Shown: positions 1-14,147, counted from the whole stretch's first letter. The stretch is 62,730 nt of DNA, filler included, from Choristocarpus tenellus KU-1152 (GCA_964200185.2; 9 parts of 9 records of this genome joined end to end with filler, not necessarily neighbours in it), one strand, 5' to 3'. The notes: generated from the letters alone by a model not told the origin. Program-made: numbers and translations.

Positions 1-412
1 GGCCCATCTGTCCAAGAATTCAGACAGCTTATGGCGACGGTAGCGGAGTTGTCAAGAAACGTTTGCAATCTCATGGTTCAGTCTGAAAGAGTCGGCGACG
101 GAAATCATTCCTTCGTCCAGGCCGCTGGGGGCGTACCAGTCGAAGCGGGTCCTATGGAACCCATGTTGAGGGAATCGTTTCCCAGAGAGGGGAAACAGTT
201 TGGATGCTGCGAGCATCAGAAGTGGAGCAAGCCGGAGGTCCGGCTCTTCGGAGAGCTTGGGGTAAGGCGCGCATATTGTTCGCCCTACGACAAAGAGATC
301 AAGAACCCAACCACCGAAACTATTGGAAGACTCGGACTACCGGGACTGGCGGAGGCGTTTCATCGTGCATTGCAGATATACTCACTGTTTGGATGCGTTG
401 ACAAGTGAAAGA

Positions 413-781
413 TGTTGAAACATTAGTAAACCATGAGAGCCAAAGTATCTTAGAGGGTAGGGCCGCGTCCATTTGGGGGCCAAAATCCAATGTTGCGATT
501 TTGATGAAATTCTGGCTATCGTGTTTGTTAGGAAGTGTCAATATCCTTGTTCCGGACACACCTGTTCATAACGTATACATTTTATCTACTCCGAAACATT
601 TTGGAGTAGGAATACGTTATAAGAAACCCCATGGCAAGCCAAGCCCCAAATGGACAAACAGGGCAAATCTCGTACCTTTTAAGATACCTTTACTCTGAGC
701 TACCAAGCAGACAGTCAGCTGACTATCTGCTCGGTAGCTCAGGGTTTACTAATGTTTCAACAAAGCTAATCCGTTTCAACA
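413..781. mobile_element. Small fold-back TG...CA element with 5-bp TSD (AAAGA), itself interrupted by a MITE
   Basis: Absent from the paralogous gag (rc of ~45910-45945 reads GTGAAAGACCAATC). Flanked by AAAGA at 408-412 and 782-786. After removing MITE 437-695 it is a 44+44-nt inverted repeat centred at 718/719 plus a 19-nt tail. Confidence 0.85.
437..695. mobile_element. MITE family A (~260 bp), copy 1
   Basis: TIR GAGCCAAAGTATCTTAGAGGGTA ... TACCTTTTAAGATACCTTTACTC; TSD TGA/TGA; homologous to 7 other copies in the window. Confidence 0.92.
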
Positions 782-2852
782 AAAGACCAGTCAATCAAGA
801 ACGCTCCAACGAGGAACCTCTCTCGGACGGCTTCAGTGCGAATGATATCTGGATGGCCGAAGAGGCCTACCATGCACTTACTGTTGCTCTCGTTGCACCC
901 ACCACCAGGGCAATGTGCTATACGCACCAAAGCCCCGAGCGAGCTTTTCCGAGCAATAGATTATTGGTTCATTCCTAATACAGTGGGTAATAGCCAACAT
1001 CTGTTCCGTGAGGTTTTCACTTCAAAGGTGGAGAAGGGGGCGAATCCGATCCTGACCTTAAACCACCTGGAAGAGCTTCGGGGGAGGATGCTATCAATGG
1101 ACATGGTCATCTCGGACAAACTGCTGCTCCTACAGTTCCTGAGTGCTCTCGGATCAGATTATGACACCGAGATACGCATGATGGCCTCGCAGAGAACACT
1201 ATGTCGAGCAGACATAGAGGAAACTGCTAGAGAGCGATATGCTTCCCTTCATCAGGGGAAGGACTCAAGACACAAGAACAGCCATGCTTTGGTCGTTAAC
1301 AGCTCATCGCAACGGCCAAGATCGCGGGGCCGAACGTAAATTTAATCGTGGAAGAAATAAAAATGGTTCTAATTCCAACCCAAAACGTTCCGAGAAGATT
1401 CCTTGTGAGAGATGCGGTAAGCATGGACATGAGAAGCCAGCTTGCCCAAACCACATTTGCACCGAATGTGGTGGACGTGCACATGATGCAACAACATGCA
1501 CTTCGGTGTTCTTGACTACAGTGCAGTCTGGGAAAGAAGAGATCAAGACTGAGGCGAATCCTTCCCACATTACGGTGGAAAGTACCACCAGCTGTGGCGA
1601 CAAGGAGCGATACGCACCTCTGGTCGCCACTGAGGACTCTCTGAGCAGCAATGCTCCAGGCAAGTGTGGGGCAAACGAATGTTTGGTGTCAAGTGTTGGG
1701 GTTGGCCGCGCGAGAGAAGAATGGATTTTGGACAGTGCGGCTTCATGTTACGTAACTAATATGATAGCTCACATGACAAATTGCAAGCCTTGCGTTGGAA
1801 ACGAAAGGGTAGTACTGCCAGCCAAAATTCCTTTAGCATCGCTGGTCATGGTGATCTAATCATCTTGCTTCTGTCACGTGACAACAAGGAGGTAGAAATA
1901 CTCCTTCGAAATGTCGCCAATGTCCCTAATCTTGGATTCAACCTTTCTCTTGTCAAGCAGCAGCTGTCAAGGGTGCAAAAGGCATTTTCACAGCCAGCAC
2001 ATTCTCGCTATTAGATGGAGTACTTACCTTCACAAGAGATGCTGGTTGCCACTATACCCTACATGGTCAACGCATGTTGCTGCGGCTAGATCAAAATTCT
2101 GAAGTTGCTTTAAAGGCCCACTATAGCCCCCTCGCTTGCACCCAGCGCTCCCCACACGGAGATCGACATTAACCTCTTCCACCGCTCCTATGGCCACGTA
2201 CACGAGGCATTGCTCAAGTCCACCGCCACTTCAACGGGCATTACATTGGTGGGTGAGCTGCAGCCATGTGCGGGCTGCTCTATGTCCAAGAGCATACGGA
2301 AGGGCGTTCGGTCCAGCACGTCTTCAAGGGCGGTAAGAAAGCTGGATCGGGTTTTTGTCGACTTAAGTGGGAAGAGGGCTACCCTTTCAATCGGTGGTAA
2401 ACAATGCACCATGATAATCCGGGACGATTATTCTCGTTTTGTGTGGTTGTATTTCCTTCGTGCAAAGTTGGATGCCGCCGAAGCCTTCAAGAAGTACCTG
2501 GCCGATATCCGGGCTGATGGTACTCCCTCTCGGGTCATGTGTGTGCGGCCTGATAATGGGGGGAATTTATAAAGGTGCTTTCGGCGCTCTTTGTCGAGAT
2601 CGTGGGATAAGACAGGAGTTCACACCTGCAGACAGTCCTCAATTTAATGGGATTGCTGAACGAATGCTGTGTATTATTGATGAAGCTTCATTAGCTGCCC
2701 GCCTTCAAGCTCCACGAGTCACCATCCCCAAGACCGACTCCCTATGGGCTGAACCTCAGCACTATGTTTGTGACTCGCCCAACCGCACGTCGACCACGGC
2801 TAACCCAGTTGTAAATCACCATATGAAATGTAGTATGGAATCCCTGCACCCC

Positions 2853-2952
2853 NNNNNNNNNNNNNNNNNNNNNNNNNNNNNNNNNNNNNNNNNNNNTTAA
2901 TTAATTAANNNNNNNNNNNNNNNNNNNNNNNNNNNNNNNNNNNNNNNNNNNN
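2853..2952. other. Artificial contig linker (44 N + TTAATTAATTAA + 44 N)
   Basis: Identical 100-nt spacer with stops in all six frames, also at 13146-13245, 18238-18337, 26741-26840, 32981-33080, 37003-37102, 45697-45796, 55166-55265. Confidence 0.97.
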
Positions 2953-5536
2953 TTTTGGTGTTGGTGGCGTGGGCGGGGTGTGTGTTTGTGGGGGGGGGGG
3001 GGGGGGGGGGGGTAGCCTTCAAGTTTGCCTTGACTTTGCTGTTGGACTGACGTGCATTTTTTTACTATGCCATATATATATGTATGTATGTTTTGTCTTC
3101 CTTCCCATCATACCTGGTTGGTTTTGTACTACATAGATATTACTTGGCAGGGCCATGAACTCGTAACTATTGCTGATATCTCCTCTCTGTCTGTATCACT
3201 GTCTATCAGTCAGTTGTAGTCTTTATGCTTCGTGTCTCATATACTACCATAGGTAATATGTATCTATATACTGAAGGTGTATGGGTTGAAGAGGTAGGCA
3301 GCTGAGCTTTTCCTTACCACCGCCCCTGAATATAGATAAATCCTACTATCTGCAAATTTTCTCATCCTCCACTCGGTTTGTAAATTTCTTTTTCTTGTGC
3401 TAGGTTTAAAATTGATTATTGGTTTGTGGTCAGTCGGTGTTTCAACAAGGATAGCAATCAATATGGTCACTTTACATTTTGTATGTGGAGATGGGGAAGA
3501 TTTGATTTCGTTTCTATAGTGCACCTGAGCTTGTGCTAACATATGTTTATTTTCTATGGTTGTAAGCACGCTTTAGCTTGAAAATGACACAGTTAATTCC
3601 ATTTCTTGAGTACAAAGTCTGCTCAATGCTGACGTATCCTCTCTACTTCCCTCCCTTTCCTCCCCCCTTGGTTCGCTTCTTTTTACCCTCTTGTTCTTCA
3701 TTCTTCAGTTCTGATAACATTACTGTCATTATTGTTTTCTTCTGACTTGGAAGGGATCTCGCTCCTCACATGGGACGTATATCTTCTATTTTCTGCTCAC
3801 TATGATGTGATGCAGGCAATATTTTCAATGAGGGAGGCGTGTATGGGCAGGAATTTTTTGTTTGTAAGGGACATTCAGTTTATTCGGGTTGGTGCTAATT
3901 CCTTACAGTCCCATACTATATATGCTGTCAATCATTTCACAGAGGGTGCTTGCTATTTTGCTCCACTTGTTTGTGCATCTAGAGCTGTACCGTGTGATCT
4001 TGATTGAGGCACCTCTTCATAGCAATTAAGTATCGCATACATACATGCATGCATGCATCCTCCATCTGTTTATCCACTGCAACCAAACAGTCAGGCAGTG
4101 TAGTGTGGTGTGAAGAAGTGCTAATTTTTGTGCGTGTTTTGTGGTACCTAGTTCTTCTATTGTTGCGTTACGCTCCACTACAACGATAGACCTCTTCTTC
4201 TGGCCTTTTAAAGTCATTTGCTAGTAGAAAGATTTAATTATGGCTTGAGCATGCTGGGGTTCCATCTGAGTAGGGATGACTGAGGGGGGTCTGGAGAGGG
4301 TTTGGATAGAAGGAGGGCCTCTTCTCTGCAAAGAGATGTGTCACGTGGTCTATGCACAATTTGCTGCCCATTTCGCTTATAGACAGGGCTTTCCAGGCTA
4401 GTTTTGTAGTTATCTTTGCTTCTGTAACATACTACCTCCATAGGAAATGTGAGGAGGTACTACAGAGAGTATTATTTTGATTGTAAATTATATAGAAGTA
4501 GTGTACACGTTGGAAGACCTGACTTGCCTAACACAACGTAACATTTTCTGACAATAATTACTATAGAGGAAGTTACCTTGTTGAGCATTGTCATGGACAA
4601 CAGACTGCACATGACAAATTGGGTCAAGGGTTTGTCGAAAATGGATGTCAGAGAACTAAGGACCTTGAAAGTTACCCAGAAGACCAGACTTCATGGAGGA
4701 TATATGGGCTCAAACATGTGCTGATTGATAAATGTTGAGATTGGAAGTACGAGGGTCAAAAGATCTCTAGTTATAGGTACGATTTCACATTTTGACTCCT
4801 TTACTACCCCCACATGCACATTTCTCATACTATTTCAATAATAAAAAAAAGTGTAACTCCCATTCTGTCAACCTTGACATGTAGGCCGTATGTGTCAAAT
4901 GTAACAGGCATGTCAAAACAACACCACTAGTCCTCCAATAAATGTTTTGTTTTCATGATGTTGAGTTGATTCCGTTGTGATGATTGGTGTAATACGATGA
5001 CCAACCACCAAACATCAACTATGAGTCAAACCTATACTTTTTACTTAAAACAAATTGGACACATTTTTTATATTGAATAGTTTACACGTGTAGATATGTC
5101 AAATTTATGCGTAGTGACATTTTCTCGGCGTTGTCATAGGATATACATCAAAAACCTCAACTGGTTTGGATATTTCGACAACAAAAATATTAAAGATACG
5201 CACTTGGGTCGAATATAGATCCAGAATAACGTAAATCATGGATCTGTGAGCCTTCTTCAATAATCATATGAGGATTATAATAGTGACGTACATGATCTAA
5301 AAGGGATACATAATTTGGGAGTATCCTAAGGGATTTTATCTATTTATGACCTGGCGCTCTTTTTTGGACCTGATGACGCGAACCCCAACACCACTTCTCT
5401 CTAGATTTTCCACGTTCTGTTGTTGCTTAACGTACGCACCTGCCATCCCTGTGAACTGTTCCGCAGCTCAGGGGTCTGACGTCTGAACGTCGTTTGTGGG
5501 ACTTGTACTGGTCCTTCGAATCCAACAGGAAGGTCC

Positions 5537-8500
5537 ATGGGTCGCGGGGCAGGGAGGGGTGGAGAAGGGAACCAGTGGTTTGGTCAGAAGAATGGACCTA
5601 CCGGGGCTAGCGTGGGTGTGCAGATCTCCCAAGAGGTTAGTAGGACGTTGGATAATTAATCGTTGTAGATGACATGCTCGGTGATCCGAATAAAATGGCC
5701 TTTTCATTGTGGCGTGTGTTGGCCACCCCCCCCCTGACTTGGGACTGAATCGCCTGTGCAGGAGGTTGCGCAACACCGTACACCCGAAGATGCTTGGATG
5801 GTTTACAGGAACAAGGTGTACGACGTCAGTGGGTGGCACGAGGTAAAATACCAGAAGTCTTGTTCACCACAATTCTCGTCTCAGTCGAAGTGGACCAACT
5901 TATCCCTTTGACGATGCTTTGGTTCTTGAAAGGTTGTAGAATTATACAATTGTAGGCTCGTGCACATTGATTTAGCGAGCCTGCCATTATCAATTTCAAT
6001 CTCTCTATATCTCTACTCTCTCTCTCTCTCTCTCTCTCCCTCTCTGCTCACATCCTATTAAGTCTACTGTACTGGATCATAGCTCATGGAGTTTCTTATT
6101 TGAAACTATGTAGTTATGATCCTTCTCATTTTGTTGCTTGCGTATCTCCTCCAAGAGATGCAATATTACCCGCAGGCATATTAAATATCTTCCTAGAGCT
6201 GGTACACACATCACGCACACACCAGAACCACTCTGAAGACGACTGTCCACTTGGACTTGAATAGTTGACTCCCCTACTACTCGTTCGAAAATTAGTTGTA
6301 TGGTGCCACACTATCATCACCGTTGTTAAGATACGTGTTCCACATCATCATTTTACAAGCAATCATTATCTGTGAACACAAGTTCCGACGTTCCCCCTCA
6401 CTAGGTCGTGCTGAGGTAACGAAACCCCGTAACCCCTCCTCCTCAGCATCCTGGCGGAAATGTGATCTTCACACATGCGGGAGATGATTTCACAGATATA
6501 TTTGCGGCCTTCCACCCCCCTACTGCGTACAAATTGTTGGAAGCGTTCTACATCGGAGATTTGGATGAGAAGTCAGCAACTGCGAAGCCTGCAGGGCAGC
6601 GGGCGTTCGAGAGAGCGTATCGAGAGTTGCGGAGCAAGCTGCTCACTATGGGCATGTTCAATGCGAGGTATGTAACCGATGGACTCTTTGCCTTCTTTCC
6701 CTACCCCTTGGACCTGCATCTGTACATATTTGTGCTGTGCTGGTAAGTGAGAAATCAACCTTTTGATCAAGCACCCTTCAAGGCAATCAACACTGTAATT
6801 TAGTGCGTATGAATCCTTCCCTTTTAACTTCATCTTGCTATCGCATACTCAGATTTGATTTCACAATGACTACGAGTGCTGTGTACTTCCCTCACTTCTG
6901 TGACCTATGATTCCAACATGTTGGTATTGGATAGGCCCAACGTCCTCACATTATTTAACCTCCACATTCCCCCCTTCTCCCTTGCCTTTTTTTAATTAAC
7001 AGCATGGGATACTATGCAATGGTGTGCTCTCGACAGCTGGCATTGTGGGCTGCTGCCGTTTCATGTGTATTTTTCTCGGACTCGTGGTCAGTGAACATGC
7101 TTGGTGCAGTATTGATGGCAGTGTTCTGGCAACAGTGTGGATGGCTTGCACACGACTTCCTTCACCACCAGGTACAGTACTTTCACTTCAGTACCTTGAC
7201 TTCAGTGCAGTGCAGTACTAGTGCATTGTACTTTGTCATGGCAGTAGTACCAGGGTGAACTTCACAAACTTGAGTGTATTTTAGCGTTCAGTTGAAAGTT
7301 TTCATGAAGGTACTGAAAAGGGAGGTAGCAAAGGTATGCTCTAGTCGTTGTTACTACCCCTTGTGAGCATATGGTGGTAGTGTCTATGTCGTAACTTTTG
7401 GAGAGGTGAAGTAAGGCACTGGGCATGCTGGTATGGGAGGTTCTTGTGTAGTGTTCCCACTGTCCTTGTGTTGTTTTGTGTTTGATTACTGTAGTGCTTG
7501 CACTCTCATTGTTTGCTACAGTTGCTACACCAGTTCTATGGTCTGTACACACAATATGGTCTGTACACACAATAGAACAGGGTGAGAGCACAATTTTGAA
7601 GGTAAAATTATTGCAGATGTACAGTAGCTGATACATATCTGCAAAGATAAAGTGACACACCTGCTTGCATCATGCCTTAACTGTTGTGTATCAACAGGGT
7701 ATATCTTCTTGTACCCTTCCTGCCATGCTTTAGTTGAGATGCCATGTTCTGTTAGAGTTGGACACTACTTGAAAAGGCAACGATGTGCCAATAGATCACT
7801 TGGTGAGTCATCATCATAAAGGCTTGCACCTTTCTCTCGCTGCCTATCATGCTTCTCTTTGGAATCAACTATGATAGGTGTTCAAGAACCGAGTGTATGG
7901 AGATATGGCAGGGGCTTTCTGGGGGAACTTGATGCAGGGCTTCAGTGTGGGATGGTGGAAGCTGAAGCACAATACTCACCATGCTATTCCCAACCTCCAC
8001 CCTTCAACTGAGGAGGCCCATGATGGTGAGATTGTAAATGCCTCCCATGTGCATCGCTAACTGGCACAGAGTCAACATTAGTCAAGGAAGAAGATAGTAG
8101 AAATAACAAATACCAAGATATTCAATTTCTTTATATGGTATCTTTTAAATGTTTGTTGTGGCAGGATGGGAGGGCTCTTTGCAGTGGGTGGAGACGAAAT
8201 ACACATTGTGACAGAAAGGTGTTAAAATTTGTTTGTGGATACTGTTGATGTGTTACGCGAAAGTCCTCTATTGTGTCCTTACCAAATATGATACGTTTGA
8301 AAAGTGACAACAGCTTTTTTGTTTGTGATGGTGTTTTTTTCTTTTCAGATTGCGGAACCTTTGTAGGTGTACCCTTTTTGATGTTTGTAGTTTTGAGGGA
8401 GTAAGTCTGCTTGTGTTTCATTTCTTAACAATTTTTGAATTTTTTTGTTACTCACTGTACCAAGAGTAAGATGATCAGACATGTGATTTGACAGGTCTTT

Positions 8501-11500
8501 TCTCAACTTAGGTGATCCTGACATGGACACAGTTCCACTACTTTCATGGTCATTGAGGATGGCTAAAATTGCAAACAAGAGCTCAACTGGCAGGTTCATG
8601 CTTGCTCACCAGGTGTTGTACAGCACCCCTGATCCCTCCCTCAACTGTCAGTCTTGTCTATACAACACTCATTTCAGAATGTAGTCCAGAGCTTTGTTAC
8701 CTGCCAACAGCCCCTTTGAGATATTGGGGGGTGGTGCTGGTGGTATTTTTTGGTGTCTTTAGCATTTAGTTGTGCCCGGGGCCCTGACCCTAATCCTGTC
8801 TGTAACCCTTTTCATACATTAGAAGGCAGCAGTTACATAAATGTGTGGTGTTTTCAATTGTGTTTGTCAAGGGTGTTTGGAGTTGTCACAAAGTAACAAA
8901 GTATATTTTATTTTGTTGCGGATGGGATGTTTCCGTTTTTGTTTCAAATTGGGTTGAGGATCTCTCAAAATGACACTAGATTGTTTTTTGGGACACCTCT
9001 GTTGCTTTGGTTCCATCCCCTAACCCTAACCCTTGCAGTAAAAATTGATGACAACTGCCAGCATCGGCACCTTGTTCTTGATGACAATGCAATAGTTGGC
9101 TTAACCACAGTTCTATGGTCAAAGTAATTGTCCACATTAATGGGTGTAAAACTGAGGAATGGTGTGCCTGAAGTATCATATATGCAAACCATTAGCGCCT
9201 CTTAACTAGTCACCTGCTGCTAATACCTGGTTGCACAGCTTTGCTATAGTAAGATACGTATGACATGTTGTTCTGCTCTCTACCGGTATTTTGCACAGGC
9301 CGTCATGTACTTTCCCATTTTGCTAGTGGCCCGCATCAGCTGGATCCTCCAGTCGTTCCTGTTTGTGTTTGACACCCTACCTGGAGCATCGCTGTGGAGA
9401 ACAAATGGCAGTGAAACTGAGAGGCGAACCACAACACTCATGAACTTGGAGGTTGGTTTTCAGTCTTTGATGTACTGTGAACGCAGTGTGTATTTGTGGA
9501 TTATCCCTGTTGGAAGGTGTATTTTTGACTTAGTTGGGTGTATAGCAATGCATTCCTGTTTTTATTTTGGGGGAGGGGGAAAGTTTGGAAGGTAACTTGT
9601 GTTTCAAAGCGTTTTTTTGTAACTGGGTGTTACCGTGTGTCTTAATGCTGTGAAGGAAATTTGACTCAATTGTTGCAGGTTGTCTCTGTTTCCTGGGTGT
9701 ACCTGATGGTAATGGTTTGTAAATTTTGTATTTAATTCAGTTTAATGAAGATATCCACATTTTGTAGATTTTGTGAGGACTGCTGCCTCTAGGTTAACTC
9801 AATGAGACTTCTATGAATGAGTTCCACACCATAGCGTGCGTGAATATTACATAGCTTTTTTGTACACCTAAGATCTACAGTTGGATCGTCTTGGCCTTCT
9901 ACCTCTATTGTGTTTATCTGAGCCTGTGCTAGGGTGTACATCAATCTTTCTGATCTCTTCGACCCTTTGTTTATTATTTTGGTTCTGCCTCTCTTTATTT
10001 ATTTTTTTGTTGTGCCATTGTATAACTCTGTGGGGTATTGCAAACTGTGGCTATAAGGTTTGTCACTAACATTTGGTAATTTGTGGTGTATCCCACCTGG
10101 CTGTGTTGCTCTTTATGTCTATATATGCAGAGGGCTGGTCTGATTGGTCACTACCTTTGGCTGGGAATTGTGCTGGTGCAGATGCCTGTTCCACTTGCTG
10201 TGGCATGGTTCTTGGTGAGTAAGAGAATGCTTCTTTTTTTTCCTTGGTGGTGAATGTGACCATTGTGAGTGGGAGGGAGGGGAAAGAGGGGAGAGGGCAC
10301 GCAAGATTTGTTTTCTAGTTGGATGGTGTGTAGTTGTAACTGTTAGAGGAGATTTGAATCAAAGGCATTGCAGTCTTGATATCCATTGTTGCAGTCCCTC
10401 TCTTAATGTATACAAGATAAATGAATTGTGCAGCTTGATTATTTGTATACGATTTATTCTAAGTTTTCATGTTTTTTCTTTTTCTAACTTCCAGGTGGTG
10501 TTGACACAGGTACAAGAAATCTATTGCTGGTTATGTACATGTGATGGTCATGTGATGTTATACACTGTATTGGTTCATTTCACCACGACATTTAGTTTTA
10601 AGTGAAGAGTATGGTACATGTTAAGCTGACCTTGACGATCTGTTGTCCCACACAAACAGTTATATTATTATTTATTAGCTTGTATCACAGTGGAGAAGAG
10701 AGTGAGACACCATCACCAAATTGGGCTCACCAAACCTTACAGCAAATAACTCAGAATACCAAATGACCTGACAGTTCTCTAGAACACATCAAAAACACTT
10801 CTATTCTAACATTTTGCAAAAAATCTCCTGGTCGAATACCCTAACCCTAAATATCCCAAATGTCCCGCATCATCGTTTGTGCATACATTCAATATGGCTT
10901 TCGAATCTTATTCTCACAAATGGTCTAGCATAATCTTTACTGTACAATAATAATAGTGTGCAATTGGGGTTTGGGGTTAGCGTTTGGGTTCTTGTCACTC
11001 ACCTATCTTTTTATGTACCTTTAACCTCCCTTCCTACTTTTGTCAGACGTCGGAGATGGTCTGTGGTGTGCTCTTAGCGTTGGTGTTTGGTTTGGGGCAC
11101 AACGGGATGTCAACCTATGAACCCGACGACCGTCCGGACTTTTGGAAGTTGCAGGTAAGCATAAAAGAAGACAGTGGATATTTAACATTTGGTGCATACT
11201 TTAAAAGTGTACTGTTCAACTGATGACCTGATGGACGACAAGTGAACATGCATTTGTTTTGAATCGCTACTTGCCACACTTTTGGTGTATTTGGTGTATT
11301 TGATACTATTCATAATGTATCTACTGTTGGGAGGTGTGTAATGTGCGACGGAGAGGGGTGAAGTAGGTGTGATCAGTATCAGTTTTTTTTCTTCTTCTTC
11401 GATGTTTGACTTTTTAGTATGATTTAATTGAGTATGACGTGTGTGTACATGTTTTTGAGAAATATTTGGCTTTTTTATTGTGCTGTGCCTTTTTTTCTTT

Positions 11501-12109
11501 TGTAGGTGACTACCACCAGAAATGTCAAGAGCAATTGGTTTGTGGACTGGTTTTGCGGAGGCCTTCAATATCAGGTGAGCAACATGAAAAGTGGACAGGA
11601 CAGTTTTTGATGTGGGTAAATAAAAGTGTTTCAAAAATTTGATGGTCTCTTGTCTTTTTTCAAAATACAGGTTTTCTTTTGCATCCAAATCTGTATTTTT
11701 CTCCTTCTTTGACAATCTAGACAATTATTGTGATTGGTTCTAAACGGGTGTCAAATTTTGTTTTTTGATGACCGTCTGGCTTAAAAGGTTTGGTTTTGTT
11801 GAGTTATTTTTTCTGAGTTGTGATGTAGTCGATAGCATGTATACCCACTGGAAAGTATTCTCAACCCTTCATTTTTTTATTTTCACAATGTATTATGTTT
11901 GCAAATATGTTGATGTATCAGACCACTCGTCTTAACGGATCTTTGTCCCTTGCTAAATTTGTGTGTATTATGTCCTGTCCTTGGACTGTTGTTGGTTGGT
12001 CCAACAGGTGGATCATCACCTGTTCCCTCAGGTACCTCGACACAATCTTTCTAAGGTCCACCAGTTGGTGGAGTCTTTCTGCAAGCAACACAATGTTCGA
12101 TACCATGAG
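5537..12109 (+). CDS. Front-end (cytochrome b5-fusion) fatty-acid desaturase, probably delta-6; last exon(s) missing
   Basis: GT-AG exons join in frame: 5537-5635, 5762-5842, 6447-6667, 7003-7171, 7878-8025, 8512-8612, 9299-9451, 10131-10214, 11047-11154, 11506-11574, 12008-12109. Motifs: MGRG start, HPGG heme motif, His boxes HDFLHH, HNTHH, QVDHH, and FVDWFCGGLQYQVDHHLFP as in diatom delta-6 desaturases. Regiospecificity is inferred. Confidence 0.93.
10715..10950. repeat. Dispersed intronic repeat; second copy at ~13246-13450
   Basis: Shared blocks GGGCTCACCAA-CCTTACA, ACTCAGAATACCAAATGAC, TCCCGCAT, ATTCTCAC-AATGGT. Confidence 0.75.
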
Positions 12110-13659
12110 GTAGGTGTAGAAGAATGCTGAGTCTGACTGGGAACTTTCATTTGCTTTTAATATCCCATTGTTTTAGGTGCTGTTGAAGGGATGATGTGTT
12201 AAAACTAGGTCCCATTTGGGGATGTCCTTGATATTTTTGGAAACAACCAGTTGCGCATAGAGTGTCCTCAATTGCTAATCTCAATTGCTAATCCCACCTA
12301 TTAGTATCTCTCTTTCCACGCCTGTTGAATGAACACCTCAGCATTAATTGCTGATATCAGTACAGCGTACTTAGTGTGAAACTGAGTTGATGGGATTCTG
12401 CTGCAAGTAATTTCAGTCTGGTAGGTATCTTCGACTTGATTGACAGGGGCAGAGTGTATTTTTGTCCATCTGTGTATGTGGAAGTATGGTGGAAGTATGT
12501 ATATATATGGTGTACTAGTGATTGTGTCTCCCTTATCTCAAACCCTATCTTGAACTTCCTCCAAGTGATGAAACTATCAATTGCTCATGAGGTAGGTAAC
12601 CTTGCAACTCTCTCACTACTAGAATCAGCGAGTTGGCGGGGTGTTGGGGATGGTGGCACATCATGGGTTGCATGTTTAAAGGTGGAAATTATGTGATACA
12701 AAGCACAAGAGAGAGATGTCCCTTTCTCCTTTTATTTCTGGAATGCCATTTCTTTTCACAGTGAAGTACTTACAGCAGTCTGACCCATCTGTGCTTTCTT
12801 GGGAAATTGATTGCTTGTTGAAATACTTTGATTTCATTGGCAGGCGACTATGTTGGAGGGTACGCGTGAGGTGCTGTTGCACCTTGGAGAAATATCCCGT
12901 CAGTTTATTGAGGAATTCCCTGCTATGTGAAATCGAGTCAATAGGTTTGCAGTAGGAGGAAATGTTGAGATGTAGGGTTTGTTTTTGGTTTGACATGGTC
13001 TTGCTTTGATAAGTATGTTTTGTAATGGAAAATCAGCATGAGGATTGGGTCGGGGTCAGAGGTGGGGGGGGGGGGGGGGGGGGGAGGGGGGCGGGTTAGG
13101 TACAACACTTGTGCTGTGGTGGATGTAGCACTGTGTAGTATATTTNNNNNNNNNNNNNNNNNNNNNNNNNNNNNNNNNNNNNNNNNNNNTTAATTAATTA
13201 ANNNNNNNNNNNNNNNNNNNNNNNNNNNNNNNNNNNNNNNNNNNNGGGCTCACCAATCCTTACATTGAATGACTCAGAATACCAAATGACTCAAACAGTT
13301 CTCTAGTACACGTCAGAAACAGTCCGCCGATTACTTTTGGTCAAATACCCCGCCAAAATATCCCGAATATCCCGCATTATCATATGTGCGTACATAAAAT
13401 AACACTTCAAATCATATTCTCACCAATGGTTAAGCATAGTCTTGACACACTCCCCTGCTCTGACTATGCAGTGAGGATCAAATCAGTCCAATAACAAAAC
13501 CCAACTTGAAATCAACTCAACCTGCACACTTCAAATCTTTATCCCACACATGGACAAGCAAACTCTTGACAAACTTTTTTTGACCCTCGCTTCACAAGGA
13601 CACACAGGATTATGTTGTATCCTGTGGCTGCCACAGACTCAAAAGAATAAGGAGTGCGT

Positions 13660-13880
13660 AGGTAGCAATGTTACCAGCTAAATTTCTGGAGCCATGGGAT
13701 GTACTGGAGATGGATCTACAAGACGTAGGACACATCACAGCAAAAGGCAATAGGTATTTATTAATTGTGATTGACAGGGCTTCGAGATTTCCTTTTGCAT
13801 TCCCAATGGTGTCGAAAGAAGCAGCTGGAGCAGCAACAAAGTTGTTGGATCTGATTCAGTCAAACGTGTATCGACCCTGA
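13660..13880 (+). mobile_element. Ty3/Gypsy integrase fragment
   Basis: EPWDVLEMDLQD...GNRYLLIVIDRASRFPFAFP, typical rve core of Gypsy elements. Confidence 0.85.
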
Positions 13881-13939
13881 CTGTGTCTTGTGACTTTTGT
13901 AGATTCATTCCAAAAGAAACAAGGAGATATGCCGATCAT

Positions 13940-14020
13940 TGTTGGAAACAACTGGTTAATTGGGAACTGGAATCCCTATGTTGGAAACAACTGGCTAATT
14001 CGGAACTGGAGTCCCTCTGT
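13940..14020. repeat. Two-copy ~39-bp tandem repeat
   Basis: TGTTGGAAACAACTGG(T/C)TAATT(G/C)GGAACTGGA(A/G)TCCCT repeated twice. Confidence 0.8.
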
Positions 14021-14147
14021 AATTAAATGGCAACCAATACATGCTGCTGCAGCACAATTGAGGTGAAGACGATATCTATTGTCTTCACCCATGACAATCG
14101 CCAGTGGTAAGCGTGAAACATGTATACCTAGTTCACCCTGGGGGGCA

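Larger units (their letters stand above)
1..2852 (+). mobile_element. Degenerate Ty1/Copia LTR retrotransposon internal region (gag, protease, integrase), truncated by contig end
   Basis: Two CX2CX4HX4C knuckles (CERCGKHGHEKPAC, CTECGGRAHDATTC), protease WILDSAASCY, pre-integrase HRSYGH, integrase VFVDLSG / RPDNGG / PQFNGIAER in PR-IN order. Multiple frameshifts. Gag interrupted by a nested insert at 413-781. Confidence 0.95.

Noticed and set aside
405-698. Recurring small 'protein family' in the ORF track (MLGSVNILVPDT..., GKPSPKWTNR...)
   Set aside because: Chance translations of MITE family A; frames and stops differ between copies.
2897-2908. Regularly recurring TTAATTAATTAA palindrome
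   Set aside because: Always centred in 44+44 N; an assembly linker with six-frame stops, not biological.
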